Source: an uncultured Spirochaetota bacterium
GTDB lineage: Bacteria > Spirochaetota > Spirochaetia > SZUA-6 > Fen-1364
Reading direction: 5' to 3'
Length of the DNA stretch: 64,000 bases
Assembly: GCA_963781885.1 (NCBI GenBank)
Contig: CAWAHW010000001.1
Location: 32,001 to 96,000 of the forward strand
In this document: piece after piece, positions 59,312 through 64,000 of the stretch
Layout: every line of letters begins with the position of its first letter
Position numbering within the stretch: position 1 is the stretch's first letter
Notes under the pieces: generated by a model
What the model saw: the letters and a program-made list of their open reading frames with translations, nothing else
What the model was told of the DNA's origin: nothing
Database searches by the model: none
Position numbers and translations under genes: made by a program

Positions 59312-60279
59312 GGAACAAACAATCGTTTGTCATCCTTTTAGTTGTAATTTTATTGGCGGTTGCCTTGTGCGGTTGTACCTTTTGGACTCTGAACAATCCC
59401 TTTGATGCGGATGTAACTCATGCCGCGACTGTCACAATCCTTGCGGGAAGCAAAGGCATTTCTGGAAGCGTGGATGGGACCGGAGCTTTGGCGCAGTTCA
59501 ACTACCCCCGGGAAATTTGCAGCGACGGAGCAAATCTCTATGTACTGGATGACAGCGCAATCAGGAAAATAGTCGCCGCAACGGGCGTCGTCACGACGGT
59601 ATGCCTTGGCGCGTTCGATGGAAGCATCTGCACGGACGGAACCACGCTTTTCCTGTCAAATAGCTACAGCAATTGCATCTATGAGGTGCCGCTCGCAACG
59701 GGGGTTCCCTCGATATACGCCGGCTCTTCCACGCCGGGGACAACCGATGGTACCGGTACAGCCGCGCGGTTCAACGGTCCTGCTGGAATTTGCACGGATG
59801 GGTCCAAGCTCTACGTAGCAGACAAAGGCAACAACAGCATCAGGCAGATCGACATAGCAAGCGCGGTCGTCACAACGATTGCGGGAAGTACGTCCGGTCA
59901 AAGCGGAACAACCGACGGCATCGGCAATTCGGCCTTGTTCAGTGGTCCTTTCAACGTTTTTTTGGTCGGCAACAACCTCGTCGTCTGCCAAAGCACCTAC
60001 TCCTACGAATTACGGATCATTCTGCTGTCAACGATGTCCGTCTCAACGCAAAGCTTGTTGGGCAGCGGGCAAAGTATTACTGGGTCGGCTTATGATGGGA
60101 ACCAATTCGTGTATGGAGTCGGTGACGGTGAAATTGGCAAAATTGACACATCGAGCTGGTACGGCCTTGCTGCCAATATGACCGGGTATTCCGCCTCTTC
60201 GCTCTGCGTGGCCGGATCTGACGTCTTCATTACCGACAGCGCCAATGATGTGGTTCTGAAACTGGTGAGCATCGAATAG
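59308..60279 (+). CDS. lipoprotein with NHL-like beta-propeller repeats
   Basis: Lipobox LCGC; G..DG.G..A.F..P..I.TDG..LYVAD..N..IR.I repeats; ATGA overlap. Confidence 0.85.
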   Translation: MRNKQSFVILLVVILLAVALCGCTFWTLNNPFDADVTHAATVTILAGSKGISGSVDGTGALAQFNYPREICSDGANLYVLDDSAIRKIVAATGVVTTVCLGAFDGSICTDGTTLFLSNSYSNCIYEVPLATGVPSIYAGSSTPGTTDGTGTAARFNGPAGICTDGSKLYVADKGNNSIRQIDIASAVVTTIAGSTSGQSGTTDGIGNSALFSGPFNVFLVGNNLVVCQSTYSYELRIILLSTMSVSTQSLLGSGQSITGSAYDGNQFVYGVGDGEIGKIDTSSWYGLAANMTGYSASSLCVAGSDVFITDSANDVVLKLVSIE

Positions 60280-60394
60280 CAAAGGATTCCCGCACTGACG
60301 CGCCTCCCCGGCTGATCCCAGCAGTAATTGGCGAGGTGTCCCGGTGATTTGTCTCATTTGGACCGGTGGCATACCTTGATCTTTCATATGCCTC

Positions 60395-62718
60395 TTAATG
60401 CGGATGGACAACGACGAGGTATTGCGGCCCTGTTCCAGCGGGGAAGGGGGAGCCGCTGACAGCGGTCAGCGCTCCAGTGGTGCCCTCGATCTTGTAGGCC
60501 GAGACGTTACCGGAAGCCATAGTTCGCAACATAGAGGAACTTGCCCGTGGGATCAACAACGAGCTGATCAGGCGCTGTTCCTGCCAGGAAGGCGGAGCCG
60601 CTGACAGCGGTGAGCGCTCCAGTGGTGCCGTCTATCTTGTAGGCCGAAATACTGTTGTCATCGGTGTTCGCTATATAGAGGAAATTGCTTGTGGGATCAA
60701 CAACGAGGTATTGGGGCCCTGTTCCTGTAGAGAAAGGAGAGCCGCTGACAACGGTTAGCACTCCACTCGTGCTATTGATCTTGTAGGCCGAAACGCTATC
60801 GGAACCGTTGTTTGACACATAAAGAAACTTGCCCGTGGGATCAACAGCAAGTCGATCTGGGTCGGTCCCCGCAGGGAAGGGCGAGCCGCTCGCGGCTGTC
60901 AGGGCTCCAGTGGTGCTATTGATCTTGTAGGCCGAGACGGTACTGTCGCCCAGTTCGCCACATAAAGGAACTTGCCCGTGGGATCAACAACGAGATGGCG
61001 AGGCAATCCTCCCGCGCCATAGGGGGAGCCGCTCACGGCCGTCAGGGCTCCAGTGGTGCCGTTGATCGTATAGGCTAAAACTTGATTGGCGCCGTTCGTT
61101 GCGTAGAGAAACTTGCCCGTGGGATCGACGATAAGCTCATCCAGCACACTGACGCCGTATAGAAGGGAGAGCCGCTCATGGCCGTCAGTGCTCCGGTGGT
61201 GCCATTGATCGTGTAGGCGGAGACGCGGGTGTCCACATAGAGAAACTTGCTTGTAGGATCAACGACCAAGTATTGGGGCTCTATTATTCCCGAGAAGGGA
61301 GAACCATTGACAGCCGACAGCACTCCGTTTGCGCTATTGATCGCGTAGCCGGAGATATTATTAGAAGCGAAATTCGCTGCATAGAGAAATTTGACCGCAG
61401 GATCAACGACAAGACCTTCAGGCTCTGTTCCTGCAGAGAAGGGGGAGCCGTCGACAGCCGTCAGCGCTCCAGTCGTGCTATTGATGACGAAGGCAGAGAT
61501 GTTATTTGAGCTCAAATTCGTAACATAAAGCGCCTCTGCGTACATGAAGTTCGCCTGAATAGTCGCGGCGCTGCCTGTGAAGGTAACCGTTGTACTGGCA
61601 CTGTTGGGATCGCCGAATGTTGCCGCACCGCTGCTCAACGTCCAGTTTTGGAAGAAGTAGCCGAGATTCGGGGTTGCGCTGATGGGAATCGGTGAGCCGG
61701 TAGTCTGGAGACCGCTGCCTGGGCTTGTCGTGCCATTTCCATCGCTTTGCACTGTCAGTGAATATTGAATCTTATAGATCGCGGGAATCACCGCAGAGTT
61801 CTGCCAGCCCGATTTATACGCCATGGCGTTGACAGTCTCGCTGGTGGAGACTGAGACACTTGCTGGCGATGGGACTCCGCCCGAAGCGGGAGGGTTTGAT
61901 CCATCCGTAGTATAGCTGATTGAGGATCCTGGTGTCGTCGAGTAAATCGAAAGGCTTTGAGCGCCAGAATACGTTCCCGCATTCGGGCTGAACGTCGGTG
62001 CCGCCACTTGAAGCGTATATATCGCACTGTTGACCGGTGAGTCGGCCATCAAGCTCTTGTAGGCGATTGCCGTCAAGGTCATGCTTGAAGAAACCGTCAC
62101 CGTCACCGGGGCAGGAGCTCCACCAGACGAGGGTGGTGTCGACCCGTCTGTGGTATAGCTGACGTAGGCTCCAGAAGTTGTCGTTGAGATGTTTACGCTT
62201 AGCATGACGTCAGAGGTTTCTGCTCCGGGGCTGAAAAGCGGCGTGGATACCTGGTCGTAGTTGATCTTGTAGGTTTGTTGAGCGGGTGCAGAATCCGTCA
62301 TTCCCGATTTGGTGCCAATCGCCTTTATCGTCATCACTGTCCCATTCCCCGTCACGGATATCGGCCCGCTGTAGGTCGTCGCGGAGAACGTCGGGGTTGA
62401 GCCATCAGTAGTGTAGTGAATGGCGGCTCCAGAGGTGGAGCAGGTGATCGTGACCGCGGTTGCGCCCGTCATGTCGCTCGAGGATGAGTAGATGCCTCCT
62501 GTCGCCGCAGGGCTGATCTGGGGAGTGGCCACAATCTCCCCGCTGCTCTGAGCAGAATGCACCTTGTCCTGCACATCCAGAAGCAAGGCGCTAGGCGGAC
62601 AAGAGAGGACCAGCGAAGCGGTTGCGACAACGACCCCGACGAAAAGAATGCGCTTGGCTTTTTGCCATCGCCCACTTGAGTTCACTTCTGATTCTCTTGG
62701 CGAATGCCTGCTTCTCAT
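60395..62718 (-). CDS. surface lipoprotein: 3 Fn3-associated (CHB_HEX_C-like) domains, InlB-B-like repeat, lactonase-type beta-propeller; frameshifts near 61150, 60950 and 60515
   Basis: Lipobox VLSC; TP.FSP...I.YTTDGS.P x3; ~48-aa VDPTGKFLYVAN..SAY.I..TTGALTAVSGSPF repeats continuing across frames to VVVHPH-TAA. Confidence 0.8.
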
Positions 62719-62892
62719 CGCTTCTCCTCAGCCTATTGAAGCCAGCGATTCTACCGCCTCGTCCCCCAAATCCCCGCTCTCTCCCGAATTCGCTACGATA
62801 TACAGGCGCGCATAAGACGCCCTACCATTCACCTGTCGTTTCAATTATGTGACCTTTCTCCTCTATCTGCGATAGATGTTCCATCCGCCCCC

Positions 62893-64000
62893 CTAGTGCG
62901 GATGGACTACAATAAGATTGAAGGGATACGCCCCCGCAGTGAAGGGTGAACCACTAACAGCGGCCAATGATCCGCTTACGCTGTCGATTGTATAGGCTGA
63001 AACATTACTAGAGTCATGATTTGCCACATAGAGAAATTTGTCGTTTGGATCAACAACGAGATAGTCAGGAGATAGCGGAGAGGAGAATGGAGATCCGCTC
63101 GCCGCTGTAAGAACCCCAGTTGTGCTGTTTATCGAATACGCATAGACGCGGGCGGCGGGCGGCTCTGTCACATAGAGGAACTTCCCAAGCTGATCAACCA
63201 TAAGAAACCTCGATTGGTAATATGCCGTGAATGGAGAACCGCTTATGGCGGCTAACGCTCCAGTTGTGCCATTAATCTTATAGGCTGAAATGTCTCCGGA
63301 AACGATGTTCGCTACATAGAGGAACTTGCCTGAAGGATCAATAACGGGATTATATGGCATGTTCCCTGTGGCGAAAGGCGAACCGCTTACTACTGTCAGC
63401 ACACCTGTTGTGCTGTTTATTGAATAGGCTGTAATTGTATTTGCACCTTGATTTGCTATATAGAGGAACTTGCCGTAATGGTCAATGACAAGAAATTCTG
63501 CTGAGTTTCCTGCGCCATAGGGGGATCCGCTTATGGCCGTCAGCGCTCCAGTCGTGCTGTTGATCGTGTAGGCAGAGACGTCACCGGAGCCATAGTTCGC
63601 TACATAGAGGAATTTTCCTTGCGGATCAATGACAAGATCAAATGGGTCCGGGCCGGTCGGATAGGGTGAACCGCTTATCGATGTCAGTGCCCCGGTTGAC
63701 GAATTGATGGTGTAGGCCGAGAGGCTATACTGACCGTAACCGGAATTGCAGTTTGTCACATAGAGGAACTTGCCGGTAGGATCGACAACAAGATTATATG
63801 TATATGGCCCCGCGGCGAAAGGGGAACCGTTAATTACTTCCAGTGTTCCATTTGTAGAGTTTATTCTATATGCCGAAACGTTATTGGAGCCATAATTCGC
63901 CGCAAAAAGAAATTTGCCATTTGGATCGGAGACGAGGTTCTGCGGATTTGCTCCCGTTGCGTATGGGGAGCCGCTCATCTCTTTTAGGACTCCAGTAGTG
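62893..64000 (-). CDS. lactonase-type beta-propeller repeat protein, C-terminal part (5' end outside window)
   Basis: At least seven ~48-aa DP.GKFLYV.N...SAY.INS.TG.L..ISGSP repeats; ends IVVHPH. Confidence 0.88.
   Translation of the reverse strand, partial: TTGVLKEMSGSPYATGANPQNLVSDPNGKFLFAANYGSNNVSAYRINSTNGTLEVINGSPFAAGPYTYNLVVDPTGKFLYVTNCNSGYGQYSLSAYTINSSTGALTSISGSPYPTGPDPFDLVIDPQGKFLYVANYGSGDVSAYTINSTTGALTAISGSPYGAGNSAEFLVIDHYGKFLYIANQGANTITAYSINSTTGVLTVVSGSPFATGNMPYNPVIDPSGKFLYVANIVSGDISAYKINGTTGALAAISGSPFTAYYQSRFLMVDQLGKFLYVTEPPAARVYAYSINSTTGVLTAASGSPFSSPLSPDYLVVDPNDKFLYVANHDSSNVSAYTIDSVSGSLAAVSGSPFTAGAYPFNLIVVHPH

Noticed and set aside
60280-60394. Intergenic segment with short dyads (GGCATA/TATGCC, CCGGT/ACCGG) as sRNA or mobile-element end
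   Set aside because: No second copy, transposase or recognisable RNA motif in the window
60395-64000. Beta-propeller repeats as DGR template/variable repeats or as true 6-phosphogluconolactonase
   Set aside because: No reverse transcriptase or non-coding template copy; the lipoprotein/Fn3-associated architecture argues for a surface protein

Overview
High-GC bacterial chromosomal window. The gene repertoire suggests a free-living Spirochaetia-like anaerobe, which is an inference only. About 57 real genes are present, and no rRNA, tRNA, CRISPR array or transposase was recognisable. Main blocks: (i) mixed signalling/stress genes (HD-GYP, TM2, a large radical SAM protein, thioredoxin, a MocR-EamA-B3/4 module, MerR plus its target); (ii) a ~14 kb ROK-regulated sugar-catabolism locus (11.8-25.7 kb) encoding an ABC importer, M24 hydrolase, NagB-like enzyme, cupin, EryC-like epimerase, ThDP E1 alpha/beta with a free-standing lipoyl carrier but no E2/E3, two dehydrogenases and a PfkB kinase, tied together by a repeated promoter/operator read directly from the sequence; (iii) glgX, two-component genes, TlpA-MauE-Cys-rich secreted protein, proBA with a triple hairpin repeat at the junction, a phytol kinase-like/DUF92 pair, MFS, and sigma54-driven amtB-glnK; (iv) a cobalamin-riboswitch-controlled btuF-cobQ-cbiR-cobU-cobT-cobS cobamide salvage/remodelling operon; (v) a terminal region, dropping in GC, with an exported caspase-PEGA protein, an NHL-like lipoprotein and tandem beta-propeller surface proteins. 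About 10 single-base frameshifts in otherwise intact genes look like long-read consensus errors. The best candidate for an undescribed system is the ROK locus with the E2-less E1 + lipoyl carrier. All family assignments are from motif recognition by eye, with no database searches run.
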